A DNA stretch of 64,000 bases from the IMG/VR virus record IMGVR_UViG_3300009428_000006, positions 1-64,000 of that record; one strand, written 5' to 3'. Of this stretch, positions 1 to 9,590 are shown one piece after another. Both the position numbers and the translations under genes were made by a program. Position 1 is the stretch's first letter; each line of letters starts with the position of its first letter. This DNA comes from a virus. The notes beneath the pieces were generated by a model that worked only from the letters and a program-made list of their open reading frames with translations, had not been told where the DNA came from and ran no database searches.

Positions 1-1394
1 AAAGCACCTACACCATCTCCACCTATCGAATCAAAACTATCTTCCGTAAGCTTCGGACTCCCCTTCTCTGTATATTCAGTAGGTGTCCAATCCGTATATC
101 TAGTCAAATATTCGATAACCTGATTGTTAGATCCAAGGTTATAATGGTTCCATTGTATTCTGGTATATGGTCCTGCAACATCAGTCTCATCCATCTTGAC
201 TAGAGGTGGTTCTGTTAATCCTGCATCATCTTCATAACAGTTAGGTCGTCTAGGCTTCGCCTCCTTAGCAGGACGGGCTTTTCTAGCTCGGACAGCCTTT
301 TGTATCACTTTACCATTATCATCCAATACAGCAGGGCTAGAGAAGCGCTCAGGCTCTTCTGGAACATAATCTGTGGCATCTTTGCCTAACCAGTAGTTCT
401 TAACATTCTCACTAGGATCACCATCTTTCTTGAATGGATTCCAAACAGGTGTAGTTTTATTAGCTGCACCCTCTTCCCAGCACCAGCCAAGAGGTATCTT
501 GGATAGGTTAGTATTCTTCAACATACCTTCACAATAAGTTTCAAAGTTTATTGGAGAACCGCATCCATCAAATGATAATCTGAATGGCATATCTGGTAAA
601 AGCTTATCTTCAATATCGGCTAGGTGTTCATCCCACTTCTTAACAAGACTACGTGCATACTTCTCATCAATAGGAAACCCGTGGATTTCTGACCATGAGA
701 TCCAGTATGCTGCATCCATTTCAGTTTGAAGTGGCCCTGTCCAATCGATATTGCACTCTAATCGATCACGTTCTCTCTCTTCTTGCAGGTAATCGTATAC
801 CTCACATTGGATCTCAACATCTCGCCAACAGCGTCTAAACATATCAATTGAAAAGTTTAACCAATCTTCATGTTCAACCTTAAAGCCGTTTCCTAATCTA
901 ATTGCGAAACTTTCCAAACTGTGAGCCCCAGACTTAGAACCTTCTACTAAGTCTCTATCACAGAATTGTGTTGAGCTTTGTACGAATGTATCCCATCTTT
1001 TCTCTCTTGGAACTACACAATCTAAAAGCATCTCCATAAGAGGGAAATCATATTTCATACCAAAGTGCATGACTTGGATTCCAACATGTTCACAGAAACT
1101 TGGTAAAGCACTTAGTGGGAGAAGCTTAGTATCACTTCGTCCGTGTTGTCTATTGTGACGTAGTAGTGCTCTCTTGTGTAACTTCAGCATTTCATCATCA
1201 ATGAAGTCATAACATGCACCACCTGCTTCTGGAATCTTGTAACATGCCATCCACACCCTGTCCACTTTCTTATGGACAATTAGTTGACCGCCTTTCCACT
1301 CTTTCTTATCTTCCAGAAGACCATTAGCCTCAATATCACCACATACTAAGATATCTTTGATGTTATCTGGAAACTTATATTGTACCTCTGCCAT
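1..1394 (-). CDS. T7-like family A DNA polymerase, N-terminal part (3'-5' exonuclease and thumb region); runs off the window edge
   Basis: Not in the ORF track. ATG at 1394 after GAGGAGG; reads MAEVQYKF...CGDIEANGLL (ExoI)...HFGMKYDFP (ExoII)...AHSLESFAIRLG...RCWRDV (ExoIII). Confidence 0.9.
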   Translation of the reverse strand, partial: MAEVQYKFPDNIKDILVCGDIEANGLLEDKKEWKGGQLIVHKKVDRVWMACYKIPEAGGACYDFIDDEMLKLHKRALLRHNRQHGRSDTKLLPLSALPSFCEHVGIQVMHFGMKYDFPLMEMLLDCVVPREKRWDTFVQSSTQFCDRDLVEGSKSGAHSLESFAIRLGNGFKVEHEDWLNFSIDMFRRCWRDVEIQCEVYDYLQEERERDRLECNIDWTGPLQTEMDAAYWISWSEIHGFPIDEKYARSLVKKWDEHLADIEDKLLPDMPFRLSFDGCGSPINFETYCEGMLKNTNLSKIPLGWCWEEGAANKTTPVWNPFKKDGDPSENVKNYWLGKDATDYVPEEPERFSSPAVLDDNGKVIQKAVRARKARPAKEAKPRRPNCYEDDAGLTEPPLVKMDETDVAGPYTRIQWNHYNLGSNNQVIEYLTRYTDWTPTEYTEKGSPKLTEDSFDSIGGDGVGA

Positions 1395-1399
1395 TACAC

Positions 1400-1421
1400 C
1401 CTCCTCTTAGTTGTTTGGCTT
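1400..1421. repeat. 22-bp direct repeat, copy 1 (CCTCCTCTTAGTTGTTTGGCTT); contains the RBS of the DNA polymerase gene
   Basis: Identical to 1910-1931. Confidence 0.9.
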
Positions 1422-1444
1422 GATTATTATTTAACTAACTACAT

Positions 1445-1720
1445 TCAATGGCTTTTAGTATTGACTAATGAATAATCTACGAATCCACAACAATCTTTCG
1501 ATACAAGTATACCTTCTTTTTCGGCATCCTCTCTTGACATTTCTAAGACCTTTTGTGTATCTTGTGAAACTGTTCCCCAACAAATGCCATCAACCTCTTC
1601 CGACCAACCATCACATGCGTTATCTCTGAAATAATCTAATGAATCTTGAGCTGATTTTTCTGCTTCCAGTGCTGTATCATGTATCTCAAATCCAGCATCT
1701 GGACAATAACTAAAATACAT
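1445..1720 (-). CDS. hypothetical protein (acidic, Cys-containing)
   Basis: ORF with GGAGGA RBS. Confidence 0.7.
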   Translation of the reverse strand: MYFSYCPDAGFEIHDTALEAEKSAQDSLDYFRDNACDGWSEEVDGICWGTVSQDTQKVLEMSREDAEKEGILVSKDCCGFVDYSLVNTKSH

Positions 1721-1750
1721 ACTTTCCTCCTTTTCTCTTAGCTGTTGTGA

Positions 1751-1903
1751 CTATTCCTCTTGAGATAGTTTAAAACCTTCTTCCTCTAAGATATCTTCAA
1801 TGGTACGTACCTTCAGATCTTCTTCCATTGTATTTTCTTCCCTGCCTTCGTAATAGTCCAATGCTCTCAGGATGACCAGTATTTGATCTATCGTTAGTTT
1901 CAT
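1751..1903 (-). CDS. small hypothetical protein (50 aa, MKLTIDQILVILRALDYYEG...)
   Basis: Hand-translated; RBS lies in repeat copy 2. Confidence 0.6.
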   Translation of the reverse strand: MKLTIDQILVILRALDYYEGREENTMEEDLKVRTIEDILEEEGFKLSQEE

Positions 1904-1909
1904 AGTTTA

Positions 1910-1931
1910 CCTCCTCTTAGTTGTTTGGCTT
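1910..1931. repeat. 22-bp direct repeat, copy 2
   Basis: Identical to 1400-1421. Confidence 0.9.
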
Positions 1932-1946
1932 ATTCTTCTTGAGACA

Positions 1947-2444
1947 TCAAGGCTTCTCTATAAGCCCCAATGCGATACCTATTTCATCCTTTTTCAGATA
2001 TTCTTCCAACTCTTCTGCTGGAACTTTCTTACTTTCAAAACTGACCTCTGGGCATGGTCCAGATAAACTCTCAGATGCTGCACGAAGATATGCCTCTTTT
2101 GCTAAACCCTCATCATAAAACCACTCTGATCCTTTATCTCCTCCAAAGATGCCAAACAGCTCAACCTTACCTATATCTGTTTTCAGCTTCTTGATCTCCT
2201 TAGCCGCTGAGATAGCATATTCCAACTGATCCCTGTCTAAGTGGTTCAAGAATGCATAAGTTCCTTGCTTAGCAATAGATTCATTCTCTAACAACCATAT
2301 TACCGTTTTAGCACCTTGTCACATAGCTGAGTACCTTTCTTTATATTCATCTTCTTTAGACATACTTTCCAAGTGGTTAATTTGATTTTCAATCTCCACC
2401 TTAGCATACTCAGTTATTAAATTGATGATATAAGATTCACTCAT
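1947..2444 (-). pseudogene. hypothetical protein interrupted by an in-frame TGA at 2319-2321
   Basis: ATG at 2444 with AAGGAG RBS is in frame with the track ORF 1947..2294: ...ERYSAM*QGAKTVIWLLENES... Confidence 0.6.
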
Positions 2445-2456
2445 ACATTATACTCC

Positions 2457-3766
2457 TTATCTAAATTTACTTATCCACGTACACTTATATTCTGCACGAG
2501 TAATAGCTGTGTACATCCAACGTCTCTTCTCGGAAATACGTCCTTTCATATTCTCCTCTATGACAACAATCTCTCCAAATGAACTCCCTGTCCTTTATGG
2601 CAAGTTATGGAATATCCAAATTCAAAGTAATTCTTAGTCAATTTACCTGTCATAGGTGGATGTTCTTTTCCAAGGAAGTATTCAGGATGTACCTGCACCT
2701 TATAGAACTCTTTTCCAACCTCATCAACAAGATCCATAATAAGTGTATTGTTCTCATATACAACATGTTTAACAAAGACTACAAGGCCATTTACTAGTCC
2801 CATCTCTCTGTTGTTACGTATGCATATGAGCCGTTCACCTACTTCTGGAAATGATCCACTGAATCCTCTATAAGTTCGTATCATGTCGTTATAGAGGTGT
2901 CTGGTCTTATTGTAATAACAAATAACAGTATCAGCATTAGCTATAAGATCTTTATCATTAAGAGCATCGCTACCTATCTTAATCATATCTTTCTTAACAC
3001 CATAGACACCTTTGTCTACATTCTTACCAAGGCGTACATCTGTAGCTACTGATATAATACCGCTCTCTAGAGCTTGTCTGTGTACATGTGTAAGCATAAA
3101 GTCAGGCTCTGACATTACGTTAGGACGCTTATCTTTCTTGTCAGTTACAATAGCGCTGAGCTGTCCAATATCACCTAAATATACGATAGGGATACAAAGT
3201 TCTTCCAAGTCTTGTCTCAAATCATTAGCCAACATAGATGCTTCATCTACAACTATAAGATCTGCACCCACTTCATATCTGTCCTTTTTGATAGGGACTA
3301 ATCGATTACCCTCTGGTAGCCAATTATAAAGTAAGTAGTGCAGTGTGTCGGCAGCAACACCCTTCTTACGAAGGACATCTGCTGCTTTACCTGTATACGC
3401 TGCTGACTTGATATGTGGTTTGCTTCCATCTGGATTTTCAAGGTCAGATAATACTAAGCTCATCAGTGTTGACTTACCTGTACCACTATACCCCGATAGT
3501 ACAACAGGCTTAGCCGTTCCACCTATGTTCTGCTGAACAGTCCACCACTCTTTAATACCATTATAGGCTTCAAGTTGATCATCATCCAGATCAGTTACAG
3601 TTAAACGTCTATGAGTCTTGCTGACAGGGGCTGTAACAGCTTCTATCTGATTAGTAGTATCATTGCATTGCTTAAGTAGTTTACGCCTTTCTCTGTCTCT
3701 CCTACGTCTCTCTGTCCTGCGTTGCTGGGTACGTGATGGAGGAGTTGGATTATTTAATTCATTCAA
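2457..3766 (-). CDS. Dda/RecD-like SF1B DNA helicase with an apparent frameshift near 2586-2588
   Basis: GYSGTGKS Walker A, DEASM, GDIGQL, HRQA, TCHKGQG; motif VI (WMYTAITRA) continues in another frame to TAA at 2457-2459. Confidence 0.88.
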
Positions 3767-3778
3767 AGTTCCTCCTTA

Positions 3779-5680
3779 TTAAACCGCTTTATTGTTAAAA
3801 GAGTTTCCTACCTTTGGAATAAAGTCTTCTTTATCCCGTTCCTTGATAGCAGCTTCAACATCTTTCTTATGTAAGCTAGGGTTGTAACTGAACCTGCCAG
3901 TCTTGGTGTTATATTCTAGACAACCTTTGGTTAGTCCTAATGTACCTGTCTCTCGTATCTTCAGCCACCTGATGAAACGGGTATTGCCATAGTCTTCATC
4001 TTCGTTCCATCCTTCGATAGCTCCAACCGAAAATCCTAACTGAATTATAGACTGAGATCCACGTAATAGATTAGGTGTTATCTCTGCGCCTTTTGATACA
4101 TCCTTTTTTGAATCTCCACGATTAATATGTACGACAGATAGGATATGCACAGGCGTATGTTCTACAAATCTGTATATCTTCTCAAGCAAAGTGTCTATAT
4201 CTTTTCGTTCATCATCTGATCCTGTTACAACAAGAGAGATGTGGTCAAGTATAATAAGCTTGCAACCTTTGGCAACCAAATAACGTATCTTGTTCATAAG
4301 GACATCTGGATCAATTGAACCTGAGTGATCCAAGAACATCATATTATCAATGATCTCAGCTTTTGTCTTTAGCTTATCTTCCAGAGGGATTATCCCAAAA
4401 TCCTTACGGTATTCATTAAGGGCAACACTATTATCATATGCAATATATCGCTGTTGACTCTTAACAACCTTCTCTTCTAGGAAAATATTTCCAACCATCC
4501 AACCATGTTCTGTTGACATGTGATGAGCTATAGCTGTTATAAGGCTTGACTTGCCAGATCCTGCTGAACTCGTCAAGATCGTATGCTCAAAAAGTCGCAT
4601 TCCTTGCATCGGATCTTGCAGATTTGGAAAAGGTAAACTATATCCCACCACAACATCTTTCTCTATATCAGCAAGCTCTAAGTCTTTGCCATCAATAATA
4701 TCAGATGGAGAATATTTCTTAGCTCCGAAGTACATTTCACTATAAATATCTATAGCATCTTCACCACCGATCTTAAGAATATCTGACATATCTTTCTTAC
4801 GGTCAGGGTACTCCATGATGTAAAGCTTATCTACACCAATTATCTGAACAGCAGCTTCTAAGCAAGCTTTGCCTTCTGTGTCAATCTTATAGTTATCACC
4901 TGCCCAGAATACTTTCTGGTATCGAGAGATTTCCTCAATATGATGCAGCAATGCTTTGTGAGCACCTTTTGCACCAGATGGTAAAGAAACTACATCTACT
5001 TCAGATCTTTTGATTCGTCTGTTTGTAGATCTGAAATTCATAGCCTTGTGCAATTGATACAAGGATGCACAGTCTTCTTCACCTTCCACGATTAACAATA
5101 CTTGATACTTGCCACTAAGCAAGTTCCAAGCAAACATGTCTGTACCATTTAAAGTACCAACAGCAGCTCCCCAATCTTTAGGCAATTTACGCATTTTATA
5201 TCCATACAACTCATCTTCTAAATAATATGGATAATATCTTGCCAACGCTCTGCCTGATGAAGTGTCGAATTCTGTTCTGATACCAAATCGTCTATCTGTC
5301 TCAGCAGTGATTCCTCGGCGCTTATCTCCTGAGAAGCCTAAATGAGGCATGTCATCCAGCGTCAGACCTTTGTTATAATTATTATAACCTGAACTGCCAC
5401 CATATGATTTGCGAGCTCTACGGCTTGCCTGAGGCTTCTTAGCGGCCTCTACTTCCTCTTTGGTAAAGTGTTTAGGACATCGGTTGCAATACCCCTTACC
5501 GCTTTCAAAGATCATCATGTGATTACCTGTGCTGTCTCCTCCTTTCTCACGGCAAGCAGGGCAAGCTGTGTTACCAACTATCTCCTCACGCTTTCTACTA
5601 GCTCTACGTGAAGTACGTTTCTTAGAGGCTTGAGATGGAGAAATCGCCTCTTCAAATTCATGTGCATTATTTAAAATCAA
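3779..5680 (-). CDS. T7 gp4-like primase-helicase
   Basis: CPAC...CNRC zinc ribbon, TOPRIM EGEEDC, SAGSGKS Walker A, FLEE, ILDHIS, LRGS. Confidence 0.92.
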   Translation of the reverse strand: MILNNAHEFEEAISPSQASKKRTSRRASRKREEIVGNTACPACREKGGDSTGNHMMIFESGKGYCNRCPKHFTKEEVEAAKKPQASRRARKSYGGSSGYNNYNKGLTLDDMPHLGFSGDKRRGITAETDRRFGIRTEFDTSSGRALARYYPYYLEDELYGYKMRKLPKDWGAAVGTLNGTDMFAWNLLSGKYQVLLIVEGEEDCASLYQLHKAMNFRSTNRRIKRSEVDVVSLPSGAKGAHKALLHHIEEISRYQKVFWAGDNYKIDTEGKACLEAAVQIIGVDKLYIMEYPDRKKDMSDILKIGGEDAIDIYSEMYFGAKKYSPSDIIDGKDLELADIEKDVVVGYSLPFPNLQDPMQGMRLFEHTILTSSAGSGKSSLITAIAHHMSTEHGWMVGNIFLEEKVVKSQQRYIAYDNSVALNEYRKDFGIIPLEDKLKTKAEIIDNMMFLDHSGSIDPDVLMNKIRYLVAKGCKLIILDHISLVVTGSDDERKDIDTLLEKIYRFVEHTPVHILSVVHINRGDSKKDVSKGAEITPNLLRGSQSIIQLGFSVGAIEGWNEDEDYGNTRFIRWLKIRETGTLGLTKGCLEYNTKTGRFSYNPSLHKKDVEAAIKERDKEDFIPKVGNSFNNKAV

Positions 5681-5702
5681 TCAAGCCTCCTTAGTTTATA
5701 TT

Positions 5703-5996
5703 TTACAAAGCTTTCTTCAAGTCTTTCAAGAACTCTACACCTTGTTCCAGATTAGCGCCTAGGTGTTTCCACATCTTAATATCACTCTCAAGAACTTTAA
5801 TCCTTGCATGCACCACTGTGTCTGACTTGGTGATCTTCTCTAGCTGTCCTTTGTAGAAGACTAAATCCTCCTCCATCTCAGACAGTTTAATACTTTCTTT
5901 CTTAATTTTCCCCTCAGTTACGCCTATGAGTGTACTTAGCATTTGTCGCTTAAGTTGTTTCTCTAGTTTAGCACCTTGCTCTTTGCAATCAGTCAT
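5703..5996 (-). CDS. hypothetical coiled-coil protein
   Basis: ORF with AGGAGGA RBS. Confidence 0.65.
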   Translation of the reverse strand: MTDCKEQGAKLEKQLKRQMLSTLIGVTEGKIKKESIKLSEMEEDLVFYKGQLEKITKSDTVVHARIKVLESDIKMWKHLGANLEQGVEFLKDLKKAL

Positions 5997-6049
5997 AAAA
6001 TCCTCCTATTAAAATGTAAAGGTGGGGTACTTTTCCCACTGCTGGTATA

Positions 6050-6072
6050 ATCACATAGGTGCGGTTTAAGGA
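6050..6072 (-). promoter_or_regulatory. candidate phage RNAP promoter (TCCTTAAACCGCACCTATGTGAT) facing the replication genes
   Basis: 22/23 identical to 12987-13009 in the opposite orientation; both head major operons. Confidence 0.65.
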
Positions 6073-6083
6073 TTGTTATTTAA

Positions 6084-6096
6084 TATCAATAACTTA
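6084..6096. promoter_or_regulatory. IHF consensus site TATCAATAACTTA
   Basis: Exact match to WATCAANNNNTTR. Confidence 0.5.
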
Positions 6097-6203
6097 CAAA
6101 CACCCGTTTTACCCTCTTTTTGATAATGATCACAAACTACACTTAGATTCTCTCTATAATGTATACCTTTTGAAAGTATTTAGAACTTATTTACATAAAG
6201 CTG

Positions 6204-6231
6204 TTGACAGCAATCTGAAAACGTATATACT
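6204..6231 (+). promoter_or_regulatory. sigma70-type promoter for the RNAP gene
   Basis: TTGACA-16 nt-TATACT. Confidence 0.65.
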
Positions 6232-6265
6232 TGAACGCATAACCACGTAGGAGGATTTAATTGAG

Positions 6266-8908
6266 ATGAGAGAAAAGCAGTTAGAACTAGAAAAGATGTA
6301 CTTCAATGAAACTACTATCGAAGGTTTTCTAGAGAACTTGGATAATAACCGAGATGCTACAATTCTTGTTGACATGTGTAATCTTGTTGAGGCAGCTATC
6401 AAAAACAAGCATGACACTGTTCAACGTAAGAGAGCATCATTCTTTAAACTTACTAAGGAGTTGGAACATAAAGAAGTTGCATTCATAGGTATTAAAGCTC
6501 TTGTGTCTAGTTTATCAATGGAAGCTTCATTACCTGTGACACGTATTGCAACTAGTATCGGTAACAGTCTTCTTTCTAAAGCAGGGAGATCAGAAGATAC
6601 TTTCTCTAAGGATAAAAAGATTGTAGTTGATTCTGTGTCAGCAGGTATTATGTTATTAGATTTAACATTAGAAGGTCTAAAGCCTCTTAAGTTGTTCCGT
6701 ACAGAACTAGAGCGTATTAGTAAGTCCGTGACAGAGTGGAAAGTCTCTGCAACTGATAATTGGAATACTCTCGTAAATGACAATGAAGAACTATTTGCAA
6801 CTGTTTCAGCTAAGAAGATGCCAATGGTTTGTGAACCTGATGATTGGAAAGACATGATATGTGGTGGATATTTATCAGAAGTTGGTAAAGCAACTAATCC
6901 TTTTGTTAAGGGCAAGCATAAGCATGAGCTTCCAGAGGATGATCGTTTGTTTGCATCTATTAACCATATGCAAAAGACTCCTCACAGGATCAATCAAAGG
7001 ATCTTTGGACTCTACAAGACGCTACAAGCTTCTCGTCCTGATGAGATGGGTAAGTTATTTCTTAATAACCTACCCAAGTCTTTCAATGAACCTTGTCCAA
7101 TTGATAAGGAACTTGATGAACATATCTGGGAGAAGGTAGAAGGTGAAAAGGTTGATAAGAAGACAGGCAAGAAGAAGAAGGCAATGGTTCTTGCTTTCCA
7201 AGATGAAGCCTCTAATGAAAAGCGTAAAGAGTTCTTCAAATGGGTTGACAGGAAAGAAGCATATGTAAAGAAGGTTGCAGGTAAGAAGTCTTTAGATCGT
7301 GCCTTAGAAGCTACCATACAGATTACTGAGATGGTTAAGGAAGAAGATGAGCTATATTGGCCTTTAAGCACAGATGGTCGTAGTCGTGTATATCCTTCTG
7401 CTATGTCAGGTATTAATCTTCAAGGTGCTGATTTTCAGAAGGCTGTTTTGGAGTTCTCTGTAGGTTTACCACTTGATCATGATGGTGATGGCAAGGGTGG
7501 TGAGTATGGTATTATCAAGACCCTTTGTAATCACTGGGGTAACGACTCAGGCAATGGTATCAAGACAGATAAGCTGACTGAACAAGATTCAATAAAATGG
7601 ATCAATGAGAACAATGATTGGATTATTGAATGCTCTGTTAATCCTCTTGAAAAGTGTAAGTGGATGTCTGCTGATAAGCCTTTACAATTCTTAGCTGCTG
7701 CTTTTGAGTGGGCTGCATGGAAAGAATACTTTGCAAAAAATGGTGATTACAAGTTTGTATCTCACTTGCCTGATCCTAATGATGCGAGTTGTACAGGTGC
7801 TCAGATCCTTTCTGCAATGACTAGAGATATTGTCGGAGCTAGACATACAAACTTATGTGCATTACCAGATGCTCAAGATCTCTATATGGCTGTGGCAGGA
7901 AAGGTTCTAGACAACCTTCTAAGCGTTTTTAAAGAAGACCCTATGGCTCAGGATTGGTTAGGTCGAGTTAACGTCTTAGAGCGCCTACAGAACGTCTTAA
8001 ATGGGCAAGAAGATGATATACTTTCATCAAGAACCCAAGAGATGATTATTAGCCGTTCAAAAGAGTTTGACACACTGGAAGAATTATACTTAAATACTTA
8101 TCTAGACTTTGACCGTTTAGAGCAGGTAAGATTAAGCTTTATTATTCGCAACCTTGTTAAGAAGCCAGTTATGGTTAAATTCTATTCAGGTACTCGATAT
8201 GGTAATATCCAACACTGTTCTGAGTTCATTGTTGAGAAGCAGTGGGAGGATAACTTCAGATGTGAAGGGACAGGTCAAGCTGCTAGTTACATGGGTAATA
8301 TGATCTTTGATTCAATCAATCAGGTAATTACTGGAGCTGGTCAGGTGATGGAATGGTTTGTACATGTTGCTGATGTATTGGGTAATTGTGGTAAACCTGT
8401 GAAGTGGACTACACCTATGGGCTTTAAGGCTACAATGGCTAAGTACAAGATGGAGAACATTTTAGTACATGCTGACTTCATGGGTGATGCAAGACTCTTC
8501 ACTGTCAAGCTACCTAAAATGGCTGAGGATAAAAACGGTGTGTTGCAAAAGGTTCTTGATGTAGGTAAAATGAAGTCATCTGTAGCTCCAGATATAGTGC
8601 ATAGTCTTGACAGTTGTCTGGTCCAAGCTGTTGCTTTGAGATGCGAATCTGAGAAGATAGATCACTTATTAATGGTGCATGACTCTCTTGCTGCTCACTG
8701 TTGTTACACTCGAAGATTTAACCGTATTATTCGAGAGGAGTTTATCAAGATATTTGAGGAAGATATCCTTCAGAAGCTTTATGAAGAGTTCCAATCACAG
8801 CTTGATGAAGATCAAAGAAACCTGTTGCTATCACCTAAGCAGTTTGGTATAGTGTATGGAGAGTATGATTTAAATGAAATGTTAAGTAGTGTACACTGCT
8901 TTAAATAA
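6266..8908 (+). CDS. T7-like single-subunit DNA-directed RNA polymerase
   Basis: PMVCEPDDW, DGRSRVY, motif A DASCTGAQ, motif B RNLVKKPVMVKFY, WTTPMG, PDIVHSLD, motif C VHDS; 880 aa. Confidence 0.95.
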   Translation: MREKQLELEKMYFNETTIEGFLENLDNNRDATILVDMCNLVEAAIKNKHDTVQRKRASFFKLTKELEHKEVAFIGIKALVSSLSMEASLPVTRIATSIGNSLLSKAGRSEDTFSKDKKIVVDSVSAGIMLLDLTLEGLKPLKLFRTELERISKSVTEWKVSATDNWNTLVNDNEELFATVSAKKMPMVCEPDDWKDMICGGYLSEVGKATNPFVKGKHKHELPEDDRLFASINHMQKTPHRINQRIFGLYKTLQASRPDEMGKLFLNNLPKSFNEPCPIDKELDEHIWEKVEGEKVDKKTGKKKKAMVLAFQDEASNEKRKEFFKWVDRKEAYVKKVAGKKSLDRALEATIQITEMVKEEDELYWPLSTDGRSRVYPSAMSGINLQGADFQKAVLEFSVGLPLDHDGDGKGGEYGIIKTLCNHWGNDSGNGIKTDKLTEQDSIKWINENNDWIIECSVNPLEKCKWMSADKPLQFLAAAFEWAAWKEYFAKNGDYKFVSHLPDPNDASCTGAQILSAMTRDIVGARHTNLCALPDAQDLYMAVAGKVLDNLLSVFKEDPMAQDWLGRVNVLERLQNVLNGQEDDILSSRTQEMIISRSKEFDTLEELYLNTYLDFDRLEQVRLSFIIRNLVKKPVMVKFYSGTRYGNIQHCSEFIVEKQWEDNFRCEGTGQAASYMGNMIFDSINQVITGAGQVMEWFVHVADVLGNCGKPVKWTTPMGFKATMAKYKMENILVHADFMGDARLFTVKLPKMAEDKNGVLQKVLDVGKMKSSVAPDIVHSLDSCLVQAVALRCESEKIDHLLMVHDSLAAHCCYTRRFNRIIREEFIKIFEEDILQKLYEEFQSQLDEDQRNLLLSPKQFGIVYGEYDLNEMLSSVHCFK

Positions 8909-8971
8909 GAACAAACTTGAGGGTGATAATCAAATCCCCTCTTTTAATAAATAATAGAAGGAATAACTTAT

Positions 8972-9418
8972 ATGACAAATGCAATCAATAATAACAATAA
9001 CAACGTAACTAACACAACTGGCTGGGAAGTAGAGGATATTTTCTCAGCATCATTCATGTTCCCTACAGCTCACTTTAAATCTCAGGATGAGTTAGAGAAA
9101 ATGGATGAATATGATCGTAACTACTTATTTCAAACCTTAATCGAGACAGGCTCTGACTACTTCACTGATATGGACAAGGAGCGCTTACGTAAGGCTGTTC
9201 ATTCAGATAATAAGCTAAGACTGTACTACAACATATTAAACGCTTTACAGTCTAGCACAGACGCTTTAAATGCCACTCAAGAAAGCTGTCTCAATTCAGA
9301 AGAAGTTGACACAGAAGAAATGATGGATCATAATGGTGTTACAATCAAGGATTCTTATCAAGTTGATGAATACTTAGAAGAGGAAGAATTGGAACAATAT
9401 ATGGCTAAATTTGGGTAG
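8972..9418 (+). CDS. hypothetical acidic protein
   Basis: ORF with RBS; Asn run at the N-terminus, D/E-rich. Confidence 0.7.
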   Translation: MTNAINNNNNNVTNTTGWEVEDIFSASFMFPTAHFKSQDELEKMDEYDRNYLFQTLIETGSDYFTDMDKERLRKAVHSDNKLRLYYNILNALQSSTDALNATQESCLNSEEVDTEEMMDHNGVTIKDSYQVDEYLEEEELEQYMAKFG

Positions 9419-9590
9419 GAAACGATCACAAAATCGAGCTAATTATAGGGTAGTTTTAGAAAGTCAATTTTTAGAGTTGCAAGTTATTGTATTCTAAGGA
9501 AAAAACGGACTTCTCTTTCCTTAACCCATCAATACGGCAGTATTCTTATTAGATAATTTATTAAATCAACTCTTAAAAAAGGAGGTAACA

